Shown here: in pieces, positions 37,230 to 50,909 of the stretch
Layout: each line of letters begins with the position of its first letter
Numbering within the stretch: position 1 is the stretch's first letter
From: Octopus sinensis
Lineage: Eukaryota
Reading direction: 5' to 3'
NCBI RefSeq assembly: GCF_006345805.1
Contig: NW_021825323.1
Location: 248,001-312,000 of the forward strand
Length of the DNA: 64,000 bases
Program-made: the position numbers and the translations under genes
The notes under the pieces: model-generated
The model's database searches: none
Told to the model about the DNA's origin: nothing
What the model saw: only the letters and a program-made list of their open reading frames with translations

Positions 37230-37960
37230 GCCGGGCACTATAGTAATTCGATAATGTCGTTATATTTGAACCCCCATGTTGTCTTTCCGCTCTTTAAGGA
37301 CTGCCTCGATGAATATAATAAATAGAATAGAAGATAGTGCTAAATCTCTCGTTTCCTTGTGGAGTGCCCATATTAGTCCTAATTCTCTCAACTGCTTGTT
37401 CCAATTTTCACAGATAGATTGGTTTCAGAAAATAATAGACTTATTAGTCTTAGACGATCTTCGTCAAGCGTTCTTTAGAACATTCATGAGTTTTTCTCTG
37501 TTAATACTGTCAAAAGCGTTCGTAGGGTTAATTCATAGGACGTATATGATTTTTGAGTATTTTTGGCATATTGATGTAGGCCATCTATCGCTCCACTTCT
37601 AAACCCACCTTGATTTTGTGAATTGTATTTTTCCACAGGTTCTTATATACAGTTTTCCTGATGGTTGAATAGGTTTTCCTGAAGGTTGACAGTAGAATAA
37701 TTGGCCTTGGTTCATCTTTTTTCCCAGGTTTGTGTATTGGGATTAAAACTCAATGTCCTAATAGAAGGGAACAGTGAATTTCCGTTGACTCTAATATTTT
37801 CTTGATTATATTATCAACAATAGTCGGGGAGTTTTTTAATAACTCACCCGCTATACCATCATAGCCCGTTGGCCGATTGCCCTTAAGCTAAATAAATGCA
37901 TTGGTTGCTTCTCGTGTTTAATTTTGTTTATAAGAGGTCTCGGATGTTTAATAAATTTAG
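37230..37960 (-). mobile_element. Degraded RTE-like RT
   Basis: TGYDGIAGELLK, QGGFRSG and NAFDSINREKL motifs with stops. Confidence 0.7.
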
Positions 37961-37993
37961 GTATATTCACCCTAGTTAATTATACTGCGTCTT

Positions 37994-38051
37994 GAAGTGT
38001 TTGGAAATAGTACTTAGCTGAGTGACCGCCTGGGAACAGACAGTGTCGTAC
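37994..38051 (+). pseudogene. 5S rRNA 3'-half-like fragment
   Basis: TAGTACTTAGCTGAGTGACCGCCTGGGAACAGACAGTGTCGTA resembles the 5S box C region and 3' end. Confidence 0.6.
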
Positions 38052-38478
38052 TATTATTGTGCCCCCGTGGTAAACTTTTAGTTTGTATTTTTTAATATAA
38101 ATAAATTTTATTTTTAATTAAAAATTGTTTAATTAGATGAATTTTTAATAAAAGCATAGTAAACTCGCACACGTGTTATTTTTATTTAGTTGTACTTGTT
38201 TTTATTCTACTTTGTATTATTTTTTTTGTTTAATCGGATTCAGAAGGAATATTTCGTGATGCAGTTTCTTTTAATGATTAAGTTATCTGAAATTTCATCA
38301 TTTTTGAGATATTTTTTGATTTTATTCCTCTAATCTGGTTCTTTCACTTTTTTTGAAATTTTTTGATTTCATTTTTTTAATCTGCCCTTTTTAAATCCTT
38401 TTTAAATTTAATTTGGTTGATTCATTATCCCATGGAGAGATATTGTATGAAATAAAGTATTATATATGCAGATATAAT

Positions 38479-38593
38479 ATGGGAAAATCCTCCCGTAAAT
38501 CGCTCATCTGTGCTGTTTCTTTAATCGCATTGTGGGCTAATCCAATAGCCTCACTCTGGGTTGTAAGTATTAGAGAGTAATTGGAAATCATTA
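38479..38593 (+). pseudogene. Exon 1 of a signal-peptide gene, truncated in intron 1
   Basis: MGKSSRKSLICAVSLIALWANPIASLWV then GTAAGT donor; paralog of 62030; cut at a TA by a pogo-like end. Confidence 0.55.
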
Positions 38594-38900
38594 CAGTCCG
38601 ACCTTGAATTGGAACACTAAGTGTTCCAAAAACTGAGGTTTTGTCAAAAAATTAATATCAATATAAATTTAATAATTTAATTAATGCAAAAAAGTCTTAA
38701 ATATTATTATTTATTGAAAAATAGTCATCGATTCTTTTTTAAAAACCATAATTTTTCTTCAAACTACTGAACAAATTTTGTCTGAAACAGTAAAAATCAT
38801 CATCCGTCAGATTATCAGAAACAACAAATATTTCATTGCCGAAAGTATTATCCCAACAATTTGTAATTATTTCTGAGAATTCATTTTGCCACGATTTTGA
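38594..38900 (-). mobile_element. pogo 3' end remnant
   Basis: TA followed by CAGTCCGACC TIR-like end; minus-strand ITNCWDN...RIDDYF. Confidence 0.55.
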
Positions 38901-38908
38901 TACTATTA

Positions 38909-40280
38909 TGTGACATAATTTGCGTGATGCCTATGGGCCGCGTGATACCTGACGTGACCTTGAAGCTTAACTTAATGTCAATATTGTAATTAATATGATA
39001 AAGTGTTTGAAAATGATAATTCCAGTGAATATGCAAACATATTTTTAAAATTACGAAAATCCCAGAAATGATCAGAATAGACACTCAAAATAGCTAATTA
39101 AGTGTCAGCAGTGGCTGCACCTCGGATTGCACGCGAGTTACCTCGCAAGATTGCGATCGATATCCTCTGGTACAGCCAGCCGATTTGGCGGTGGTCCTTC
39201 GTGCACTTGTGGATGCACTTCCCGATTTCGGTCAGAAGCGACACTCCGGCCGTCCCTATCACTGCACTTGTCTCCACAGCAATCGGGACAAAGTGGTAAT
39301 TTGGTGGGAGAGAGGCGTATTTCTTCCGCTTCGTCTCCTCAGACCGACGGGAAGCGAAGTCGGGGGAGGACGCAGACTGAGCAACGGTCCCGGGGGCAAA
39401 GGTGTCCGCGCAGGTAACATCCCAAACGAGACACTTCCCCTCCGAGAATGGAAAGACCGTCATTCCGTCTGGACGCTTGCCGTCGCCACGGTCGAGGCCG
39501 GCAGGCTCCAGAACAGAAGGGAAGCCTGCGGCATTGAGGGCCTGTTTAACGACGTGGTTCAGGCCAGCGTGTCTCGGGATACGCCCGGTGCTTAAGCGGC
39601 ACGAAAGGGGGTGGAGACCATCGGGGTCAATTATGTGGCCGCACTTGCACCGGTGAGGGTGGCAAAGGGGAATTTCCAGACGAAGACAGGTTCCGATTCG
39701 AGTCGATTCATCATCCAAGAGGAGGCCAGTAATTAATATTAAACTTCACAGAATAATAACTTGTTAATTATTTTTCAAGTCTGGACATTGGGACAATCGA
39801 AATTTCGCTCATCGAATTTTTTATCTATTAAATTTAAATGTTTAAACTACCTCAACGCGATTGTTTGATACAATTGTTCCAAAGTCTTTTTTAACTCGAA
39901 CCTAAACATTAATTTTTATGCATACTTTATCACCAACACTAAATTCATACTTACTATTGTGAACATTCATTTTTCTGTTCATCGCTTTGTAATAATTAGA
40001 ATTAGGATCAATGGGGTTGATTTCGAACTGAAATCTTTTCGGACTTGATAGAAATTCAAATTACATGAATTTTCAATTTGATTCGGACAATTGTTTGCAT
40101 CATCGACTTGATCAGGGCTCAACAAATCATTACTTGAATTATCTAAGGAATAATTTTATAATTACAACCATAAAATATTGTATTTATTCCACTTATTCCC
40201 CGGTATTTTTCAAAAGGGCTCTCATTAGAAGATGAGTGGACAGAAATGTTATAAGTAGAGCAACATTTTTATCTAAGTAG
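38909..40280 (-). mobile_element. Ginger2-like integrase element remnant
   Basis: Terminus TGTGACA...GGGCCGCGTGATACCTGACGTGACCTTGA shared with 56644; YNISVHSSSNESPFE and FSVGDK(intron)VRVKKDF. Confidence 0.7.
39090..39730 (-). mobile_element. CRE-like retrotransposon 3' portion (Zn knuckle plus REL), 5'-truncated
   Basis: HRCKCG, HPLSC, PRHAGLN, GKRPDG, WDVTCADT, AVETS and AILRGNS in an intact 206-aa ORF. Confidence 0.9.
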
Positions 40281-40287
40281 AGCAACT

Positions 40288-40628
40288 CCGGACGATCTTT
40301 GGTCTGGGACGCAACTTGCGTCGATACTTACTCAAGCACGAATCTCCTTAAATCGGTTCAGACACCTGGAGCAGCTGCCTCAATCGCGGAAAACCTTAAA
40401 ACCAAAAAATATTCCTTCCTCGGGGACCGCTACAGATTCACCCCTGTTGCGGCTGAGTCATCAGGAGCTGTTGGCCCAGCGACTGCCGAGTTCTTGCGCG
40501 AACTCGGAAGAATGCTCGCCACAAAGAAAAATGATCCTCGTGAAGGAGTATGGCTAAGACAAAGGATCGGAATAGCCATACTCCGAGGGAACTCGCTTTC
40601 CATACAGGCAGCGGGCTTCCTCAATTGA
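40288..40628 (+). mobile_element. CRE-like REL 3' fragment
   Basis: WDATCVDT, AAESSG and AILRGNSLSIQAAGFLN*. Confidence 0.85.
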
Positions 40629-42237
40629 TTTCTCAAATCAATCTCTTCTCTGAATTTATTAACTGACATTATTAATAATGAAAATTACATTTTTATTGAC
40701 TTAAAAAAATAAAAATTGTCCTTAAAAAGTCAATGTAATTGACCTTAAAATTTTAAAAATTGACCAAATAATTGGCCAAATAATTGACCGTAAAAATACT
40801 ACTTTATTTTCATATATAAACTACGTTTATGAAAATTTAAAGTAATTTTATTCATCGTTTATCGAGTTATTTACAATTAAGTAATATTTTACATTATCCA
40901 CTTTAAAATTCCTATTTTTGGTTAAGATTTTGTTAAGAATCGAAAATGATCGTTCTACTGCGCACGATGTTGCCTGACATTCAATCAACAAAGAATAATC
41001 TAAAGGTGAAATGGAATGATCATCGAAATTCATAATTTTTGTGATATCATTGGAATTCATCCTTTTGATAATATAATTTTTTTATTCCACACACGTCTTC
41101 TTTAAAATCCAATGTTTTCAAATAATTGAATGCTTTTTTATAGTAAAATTGGTCGATTCTAAATCATCAAGCAAATGTAATAAAGGTGAATATTGTGATA
41201 TTATCGTCGTTAGATCTTCATGAAGTTGTTCATTAAATAAACATTCTTTCGCTCTTTTAATGAGCAAAGAATTTCCTTCTAAGGAAGTGCATACTTGAAT
41301 AACATTTGGCAGGTTTGTAGCATAGTAAGAACAGCTTTAAGCCAGCTTCCCCATCTCGTAACTATTGGTTCTGGTGGGTACCCAATTTCCTTAAACATTG
41401 TCTTCGATAATTGTTCTTTACAACAAGTGCTTTGATACAAACAATCAATTTATCAACTTCGGGATAATATACTTTTATTTTAAGTGCACAATTATGCACT
41501 AAATGAGCAAAACATGTGATATGGTATAGAGTGGAATATAATAGCTTGAGAGTATTTCCTGCAGAAACCATATATGGAGCAGCATCGGTAATAAGGAGAG
41601 AAAAATTGTTTCTTTCAACATTCATTTTCCGAATAGTGTCATCAATTATTTGACTGATGATAGAAGAATTCGGAGAGGAATCAATTTTTATACAATCTAT
41701 TAGGTAAGATCTTTGCGGATTTTCCAACGTTCCAACTAGACAATTCACAAATTTGTTTCTCCCAACATCAGTTTCGTCCACAATCAAAAAAACCTTAACA
41801 ATTATTTGAAATTAAATTAATTATTTTGGATATCTTTTGTTGTGCTAAAATTTCTACCATATTGCGGCAAGTAAACTCTGAAGGAAGTGGATGCCCGATA
41901 CTTCCAAATAAGTTGATAATTGCTCGATTTCTCAATTTATAGAGCGGAATGTTTGCGAATACAAATGCTTCTGTTACGTCTGTTGCAAAATTTCTGAAGA
42001 CATAATTTGGAGGAACAATATTCAATTGTTTTTTATTTGTGGATATATTATTTGTTCAGGAAGAGTGTTTCTGTGTTTCCCTGTGTTTGTTCACAAAAAT
42101 TGTTTCTTGCATGTCACATGTAACTCACATAATTTACAAAAAAGCATTCCATTTGGTGTAATTGTAAACTCTTTAGGATATTTTTCACAAATATTTTTAG
42201 CTTTTTTAAAATCCGAAGGTTTATTTTTAGGCATAAG

Positions 42238-42263
42238 TCTTAATAATAAAATGGTATGGTGTG

Positions 42264-42294
<31 letters not shown>

Positions 42295-45114
42295 GTGTCT
42301 GTCTGTCTGTCTGTCTGTGTGTGCACACCAACTTCAAATTGGCAATACGATGTCCTCGACTTACATGATGAGGTCCTTAAAACCTTCCCCCCAAAAAAAT
42401 TAAAAAAAATTTTTCTGCGTTTTGGTCAAAATGAACAACTACGATGTCCTCGACTTACATGATGAGGTCCTTAAAACCTTCCCCCCCAAAAAAAATTAAA
42501 AAAAAATTTTCTGCATTTTGGTTAAAATGAACAACTACAATGTCCTCGACTTAAATGATGAAGTCCTTAAAACCTTCCCCCCAAAAAAATTAAAAAAAAA
42601 TTTTCTGCATTTTGGTTAAAATGAACAACTACAATGTCCTCGACTTACATGATGAAGTCCTTAAAACTTCCCCCCAAAAAAAATTAAAAAAAAATTTTCT
42701 GCATTTTGGTTAAAATGAACAACTACAATGTCCTCGACTTACATGATGAAGTTCTTAAAACCTTCCCCCCAAAAAAATTAAAAAAAATTTTCTGCATTTT
42801 GGTTAAAATGAACAACTACAATGTCCTCGACTTACATGATGAAGTCCTTAAAACCTTCCCCCCAAAAAAAATTAAAAAAATTTTCTGCATTTTGGTTAAA
42901 ATGAACAACTACAATGTCCTCGACTTACATGATGAAGTCCTTAAAACCTTCCCCCCAAAAAAATTAAAAAAAATTTTCTGCATTTTGGTTAAAATGAACA
43001 ACTACGATGTCCTCGACTTACATGATGAAGTCCTTAAAACCTTCCCCCCAAAAAAATTAAAAAAAAATTTTCTGCATTTTGGTTAAAATGAACAACTACG
43101 ATGTCCTCGACTTACATGATGAAGTCCTTAAAACCTTCCCCCCAAAAAAAATTAAAAAAAATTTTCTGCATTTTGGTTAAAATGAACAACTACAATGTCC
43201 TCGACTTACATGATGAAGTCCTTAAAACCTTCCCCCCAAAAAAATTAAAAAAAAATTTTCTGCATTTTGGTTAAAATGAACAACTACAATGTCCTCGACT
43301 ACATGATGAAGTCCTTAAAACCTTCCCCCCAAAAAAATTAAAAAAAAATTTTCTGCATTTTGGTTAAAATGAACAACTACAATGTCCTCGACTTACATGA
43401 TGAGGTCCTTAAAACCTTCCCCCCAAAAAAAATTAAAAAAAATTTTTCTGCGTTTTGGTCAAAATGAACAACTACGATGTCCTCGACTTACATGATGAGG
43501 TCCTTAAAACCTTCCCCCCCAAAAAAATTAAAAAAAAATTTTCTGCATTTTGGTTAAAATGAACAACTACAATGTCCTCGACTTACATGATGAGGTCCTT
43601 AAAACCTTCCCCCCAAAAAAATTAAAAAAAAATTTTTCTGCGTTTTGGTCAAAATGAACAACTACGATGTCCTCGACTTACATGATGAGGTCCTTAAAAC
43701 CTTCCCCCCCAAAAAAAATTAAAAAAAAATTTTCTGCATTTTGGTTAAAATGAACAACTACAATGTCCTCGACTTACATGATGAAGTCCTTAAAACCTTC
43801 CCCCCCAAAAAAATTAAAAAAAATTTTCTGCATTTTGGTTAAAATGAACAACTACAATGTCCTCGACTTACATGATGAAGTCCTTAAAACCTTCCCCCCA
43901 AAAAAATTAAAAAAAAATTTTCTGCATTTTGGTTAAAATGAACAACTACAATGTCCTCGACTTACATGATGAAGTCCTTAAAACCTTCCCCACAAAAAAA
44001 ATTAAAAAAAAATTTTCTGCATTTTGGTTAAAATGAACAACTACAATGTCCTCGACTTACATGATGAAGTCCTTAAAACCTTCCCCCCAAAAAATCAAAA
44101 ATTATTTTCTGCATTTTGATTAAAATGAACAACGCGAATGTCCTCGACATTCATGATGAGGTCCATTAAAACCTTCAAGGCAAAAATCTCACGTATTAAG
44201 AATATCCTTGATGAAAACGACAGCGAGAATATTAACAATGATGAACTCCCAATTATTCGCGATAAAGAAATTCAATTCATCCTATGTTTTTCTCTTTAAA
44301 ATTAATTGCATATATCATTATCGACCATGAATCAAAATTAGAGCTATTATCATATTTGACTTTGACAGAATGTGCAATTAACAGATTTTTAAAAACACTT
44401 TGATAGTTGAAACCACATTAGCACAATCATTAACACAATTTACCACCAATTGACAGCGCAATCAGAAGAATTTGCGTAAAAATATTAACTATTTATTTGA
44501 GTTTTTCGTAAAGATAGAATTTATTTTCGGTATGCCTCTTTTCCTAAACTTTTTTATTATTCAAAAATAATTTTTTAAATAGATAACCGAAGGAGGAAAA
44601 ACGAAGCTGAAGAAAAAACGGTCAGCTTAATAAGGTAATTAATTAAATCTTTTTTGTGTGTCGCTTTTTTGTGTGTCGCTTTCTTGCCTGCCGCATCTCC
44701 CCCTGCCCCATTTCCGCCAGTAAAAAATAAAAAAAGAAAAAAAAGGAAATTACAAAGGAAAAATGAAAAAATTAAATATAAAAAAAAATAAACCACAAAA
44801 AATGAAAAAAAAAAGTTTGCAATGACAATAAACAAGGCCCAGGGACAGTCATTAAAGGTAGTTGGGTTATTTTTAGAGTGAGTGCTTTTCACATGGACAG
44901 CTGTATGTGGGATGCTCGAGGGTAGGCAGAAGAGAAAATTTATTCATATATGCCAAGGAAGGACGGACGACAAACATCGTTTATCAACAGGCGATAGAAT
45001 AGGGTTACATTAAACCAGGTAGTTTTATACATCTACATAAACTTATAGTTGTTTGATGAAACAGGCCCTCCGCAGGAGCTAGGTCGCGGTGAGCGAAGCG
45101 AGCTGCCGAGCTAG
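42238..45114 (+). mobile_element. Non-autonomous Helitron, copy 1
   Basis: 5' TCTTAATAATAAAATGG; (CTGT)n; 93-bp array; helicase C-terminal remnant; 3' GC-rich hairpin plus CTAG. Confidence 0.92.
42345..44170 (+). repeat. About 93-bp minisatellite, roughly 19-20 units
   Basis: Unit AAAATGAACAACTACAATGTCCTCGACTTACATGATGAAGTCCTTAAAACCTTCCCCCCAAAAAAATTAAAAAAAATTTTCTGCATTTTGGTT. Confidence 0.97.
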
Positions 45115-45409
45115 TACACTATAATTTAATTTAAAATTTGTTACAATAAGAGACAATGTCACTGCGACTATTTTAAATTTATTTGATGCTTTAAATAATA
45201 TTATTTAAATTTTATTTAAAAATTGACCTAATTAAAAAATTGACCTGTAAATCTAAAAAGTTGACCAAATTGACCTAAAGAACTTTTTATATAAACTTTT
45301 TTTTGACTTTATTTTAATTTAATCATTATTTTTAGACTTAAGTCTAACTCTGGATTGAAGTTGACTTTATTGACTTATGTTGCCCTAGTTATAAGTTATA
45401 ATACTTTAG

Positions 45410-46875
45410 AGACTATTTATTGAAAATGGGCATAACATAATTTTCCAAATTTTGTGTAACAAAGTTTCTGTTTGACCTCATAAAACTCCTAAATTGTGAA
45501 AAGCATCGTTCGATAGATGCCGAGGATGGTTGACAGTTTTGAAGTAACGAATAATCTTCCGGAGAGATATTTTTATTATCCATATTAATAATTTTAGTCA
45601 TATCGCTCTCTAAAATTATCTTCTCTAAATATTTTTTGATCCCTGCTTCATCCTTCCCGAAGTCAAGTGTACTTAACGTCGAATATGCAAATTCTATTGT
45701 ACATTCGTTACTTTCAAGTTGTAATATTTTCTCTATGAGATTAATTACTATATGAAAAACCTGGAATATGTGAATAGTTATGCGAAATTGCACATAAGCT
45801 TTTTACTAGTTTTTCACTTTTCAATGCATTTTTGGTGGCAGTCACTAGTATTCCTTCGTCCTCAATCAAATCAAAAATGTTAATCACTGAGATTAAATTT
45901 CTTGAATAAAAAGATGCAGCCTTTAACCAGGTGCCCCATCTCGTCAACACAACTTTCGGAGGAATTCCAATTTCGCAAAACAACAATTTTCGATTGTGGT
46001 TCTTCCTGACAGAAGCTTGCACGCTAGCTATCACATCATCAACTTCTGGATAAGATTTTCTGACCTCCATTGAACAATTATGCAAAATATGGGTGACGCA
46101 ATTAACATGAAAAAGACTGGGATATAAATTTTTTAAAATTTTCCCCGCTAAATCATCAATTAATTAAAACAATACCGGATGTCATATACCGTGCAGCATC
46201 GGAAATGAGAAGCATAAAATTATCCCGTTCAACCATAAGGTTTCGAATGGAATCATCAACGATCTGTGCTGATATTTTTTGTTGGCGCGGATTCGATTGG
46301 CTTGAATGAGACCAAATAAGTAATTGTAGGGAGTTTTCCCATCAAAACGGCGACATAACGTTTGTTTCGAATTTGAGTTTCATCGGTTATTGTAAAAATT
46401 TTTTGTTCTCTAGAAAATAAACTTTGATGGAATACTTGAATTTGTCCCTAAAAGATCCTATGTATTCATTTGCAATATATTTTCCACAATTCCTTGCTTG
46501 TGATTGCGAAGGAAGGGAAATTTTGTTGCTTTCGAAGAGATCAACAAATAAAGGCATTGATAATTTATTTAGCGGAATGTCACATTTCAGAAAAGCCTTA
46601 GTCACCCTCAAATTCCAGTTTCCAATTTCAGATTCATCTAATTTTTGTTGGCTAAATGTAGTCAAACGATCTATATATTATCGAAAAATCCTTACCAACG
46701 AAAGTCTTATGTTTCTTTGATATCCTATGGAGGTTAACAAAATGCTTTTTCGAGCACTTTACTGTCGTTAAGCATAGTTTACAAAACAATTCATCGTTGT
46801 TATTTAACTGAAATTCCTTTGGGAATTCGTTGACAATTAATTTTGCTTTAGTTAGACTTAGAAGTACGCGGCATA
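45410..46875 (-). mobile_element. Second CGGBP1-like hAT transposase, decayed
   Basis: LFCKLC, KAFLKCDIPLNKL, VVLTRWGTWL and SIERCFS motifs. Confidence 0.82.
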
Positions 46876-48520
46876 CAACAAAAACTTGTAATTTACACGC
46901 TGTTTAATATTTATTGTCACAGGCTGGATAATGCCCTGGGTTGGATAATACCCCCTTAAAAATTTTATTAAAATCAAACGAAAATAACCTGATAATTAAA
47001 AATAACTTGATAATGGAATTAAGTCGATTTATTCAATTTTTTATCAATTTTTTGATTGAATGAATTTTTCCAAGAGTCGACAAAAACAGGCATTACCAAT
47101 TTTTCCGAATCAATAACGTATTTTATCATAATTATACAATTTTTTAGGTCTACCATTTAAAAACAAATATTAAAAATTCATGAATTTTTATTATATAAAA
47201 ATTTTTTATAAGAGTCATTTTTTATACGACTTTTGTGTACATGTTTGGATGATTCGTCATTCAGATCGAGATAATCGGATCCAATTATCTCCGATTGACT
47301 TGATTCAACCGCTTCATTTCCATCGAATGACAATAACGCCGATCTTATTTCCTCCGGGATTAAATTATTTCCTCGCATAAAAATTTCGAAAGGTGTCCTC
47401 TTGGTCGTTTCATGCTTCGCCATGTTATATTTATAAACGATTTCTTGATAGAAGTCTTTATAGCTTGCGAAAGACCCATTTGAGGCACTAGTTGAGCTAA
47501 TCCACCTCTTGATCGATTGATTGAATCTAAAGATAAATTTACAAATAACTTGCCTTTCTACTTGACCCTGAATCCATGGTGCTTTAGGCGTCCACTTATG
47601 TGTATGATTTTCAGATCATTACACATTGTTTCCATACATTTGTTCTTAAATTTTTTTTTAAAACAGAGATTAATATGATAACTAGACAATGCAGTTATTT
47701 TGAACTGCCGGCGCATAAGATGGCCTGGCAGTTCCCTCGGACGATCGCCAACGAGACTCTTTGGAAAAGATGACGAGTCTCGTTGGGATCCTTGTTTCGT
47801 CTGGCAATCTTCGACCCCAGCCGACGAAGGAAAGAAAGCGATTCTGGGCCGATGACCCCGGATGTCTCTACGGCTACTGGCGCAAAAATGTGGTTTCTGG
47901 CCAGGTACGAGTATTTTCTTGTTTTTGTGACCTCCGCATGTCTTGCCGCTGAGCCGGGCTCAGCAGCTGATGAAATCAGGTTATGCGGGGAGAATGTGTC
48001 GGAGCATGTCGCGTCCCAGATGAGGCATTTCCGGTGATCGAAGGGAAATGTTGTCATGCCATCTGGGCGCTTTCCATCTCCGCGATCCAACCCGACTGGT
48101 TCCCCAGCACATTAGGGAATCCCGCAGATGCCAGGGCGCGGCTCACCACCTCCATTAAGCCCAGAGTGTCGAGGGAAACGTCCAGCGCTACGCCGGCAGG
48201 ATAGCGGGTGCAGTCCTAGGGTGTTCAATCATCTGGCCGCAGCGGCATTGATGTTCACGGCAGATGTTTGTCTCTATTTACTATGTCACATGCCTCAGGG
48301 ATTACTATGCCCACTCGTTACCTCCGAATTATTTCTGAGAAATAATGGATTAATGATTTTTCAATTTTTTAGAAAATTAATAATAATCACAACGAATAGG
48401 AATAGGAAGTTTTATTGGAAACAGAGAAGGGTTAAAGGTTAGGGGGGAGTTTGTATAATGAAACAATAGGACTACCCTATCGACTTCTTCCCAGAAAAAA
48501 AAAAAAAAGAGACCCCCTCA

Positions 48521-50490
48521 AGTAAATTTTTTTTTTTTTTTTTTTTTTTTCTTTTCTACCTCTGCAGGTACGTCCCAGTGACAATTGAGTTGGATTTATA
48601 ACCACTTATAGCTTTTTCGACAGTTTCACCGACCATGGAGGATTTACTTTCAAGCCACAGGGGGATTGGGTCTTCAACTTTTTGGTGGTAAGCAAGCTTC
48701 AAAGCGAGCCTGCGAGACTTTTCAAATTTAGTTAAGATGGTGTCCTTCTTTTTAGAGAAGTACCATCCCTCTTTTCCGTATAGTAGTCCCGGTAGGATCA
48801 CCGTATTGAAAACGTAGAGGAAAGTATCAGGCTCCAAATTTAACTTCCTCAGGCAGAACAGAGCATTAGTTGCTTTCCTTTTACTTAATTTTGCGTTTTC
48901 GAGATAGTTTCCCTTTTCATCGATGAACAAGCCAAGATATTTAATTGAGTTTTGTCGAGGTATGTTCTTGATCAGGCACGGTAAATTTATTAAATTTCTG
49001 CTTTCTGTGATTCTCAGTAATGCGGACTTCTCACGCGCAATAATGAACATATTTTCATCGCACCATTGCTCCACTGTATTCATATATGATATAATCCTTT
49101 GTTCGGATAAGGCAGGTTTCGATGAAATGTCAAGGATTACAACATCATCGGCGTATATCAAAATTTCCGTCCGTGTGTTGACAGGAGACGGCAGATTGCT
49201 CATCACAATGTTGAATAATAGAGGACTGAGGACTGATCCTTGAGGGACGCCTCTTTTAAGTTTCAGTTCATCCGAGTCATAGTTCAGAAAGCTTATCACA
49301 GAGCGCCTGTCGCGGAGGAAGTCTTTTAGCCATAGGAATAGTCCTTTGTCTATGTGACACTTCGCCAGATGTCTAAGGAGACCGAGGTGCCAAACCATAT
49401 CAAAGGCTTTTGAGATGTCTAGAGACACAATTGTCAGACACTCTTTGAAATCCAGAGCCTTTACAATCGACGAATTGAGTGTATAAAGACAGTCAGCACA
49501 GGAACGACCCCTCCGAAAGCCCCACTGCACGTCTTTGAGATAACCATTTCTCTCGACGTGTTCAGAGAGTCGTTCAACATTACCCTTTCCATTATTCGAC
49601 TGATGGTAGGAATTAGGCTTATAGGCCTATAACTTGTCGCCAAGTAACCAGGTTTTCCAGGCTTCCGTATCATCCTTACCTCCGTCAGTTTCCATGAAGA
49701 AGGGACGTATCCCAAGCTCACACTGCGGGAGAAGAGACATCCCAAATATTCGTAAAGTTGCTTGGGAGCTTCTTTGAACATGCGCATGGTTATCTTGTCC
49801 TTTCCCGGAGCGTTATTTTTGGATTCTAACTGCATTTTCCACGTCTTTGCACGTTATAGATTCCGAGCACATTGGTAATGAGCTAAGATTGTCTTCCAAC
49901 TCTTTTTCCATATCAAAAAAGCTGAATCAGATAGATTTGTATCCGGATTGACTTCTTGTATTCTTTTGAGACTATCAGCAAATATGTTCGGGATTTCTTC
50001 ATGAGATGCAGGGGATCCATCTTGTTTTAGCAGTTTAGGTATAGTTTTCTCAGACGTCGAGGTTAATTTCGAGTAGACCTTCCAAAATTTGGACTTCCTT
50101 TATGTAGCTTTTTGCACTCAGTATTCCATTTTTTATCCTTCGCCACCTTCGCCGATTTTCTTATTTCTTCCGTAATGGTGAAGATTTCACTTTCCAAAAC
50201 GGACCGGTCACGAAAATCTGCGCAGCGCCGGAGTTTGTTCCTTAGACATTGTTTTTTCCTTAGTAGGATTTCAACATTCATGTTTGGCATGTGAGTTTTC
50301 CTATTGTTTGAGACGATTTTTGTAGAATATGTTTCCAGATAAGACTTTATGTATCCAATAAGGGAATTGCTAGACTTCTCGAGGTCCTCAGATGAAGAAT
50401 TTTCGTCAAGTTTAGGAGCGAAATTGCTCAGATAAAGTGTAAAACATTTTCGGTAGTGTTCCCAGTTTATAGTCGACAACGACATAAAAA
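48521..50490 (-). mobile_element. 5'-truncated LINE with poly(A) tail, inside the MITE
   Basis: APGKDKI, YRPISL, DISKAFD, GVPQGS, IYADD and KYLG over 3 frameshifted ORFs; stop at 48556 followed almost directly by a long A-tract. Confidence 0.92.
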
Positions 50491-50909
50491 TTCAACCTAT
50501 ATATTAGGTTAATTAGAGTACAATTTAATGATATACTAAAAGATGCTTTAAACAAATAAATTAAAATATATTTTTATACAACAACCATTTTGACTGATAA
50601 GCACATTAAAACATATTTTAAAAATGTGAATTGTGTGAAACGCTTTAAAGGCACATAATTTGATAGTTTTATAATTAACTCTAACCAGTTTTTAGTTTTA
50701 TTTAAAACATTTTTTGAAATGTAAAAAGATAAAGGTTTAAAATCATCTGTAGATCTCTTATAAAAACTCAAACTTTATCCAGTTTTTTAGTTTAAAATCA
50801 TATATAGATCTGAAGTTTAAAACGAAAAATTAAATTTGTCCTTTTTTGATTCTTTTCATGTGAACAATCTTTGTATCTCCATTCGAAAATTCTACTTTAA
50901 ATTTTTTCA

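Larger units (their letters stand above)
40690..45387 (-). mobile_element. CGGBP1-like hAT transposon split by a Helitron
   Basis: TAGGGCAAC end at 45387; ATG at 42234; FCKLC, VDETD, TDAAPYM, TCFAHLVHN and VERSFS motifs; TTGACC subterminal repeats. Confidence 0.82.
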
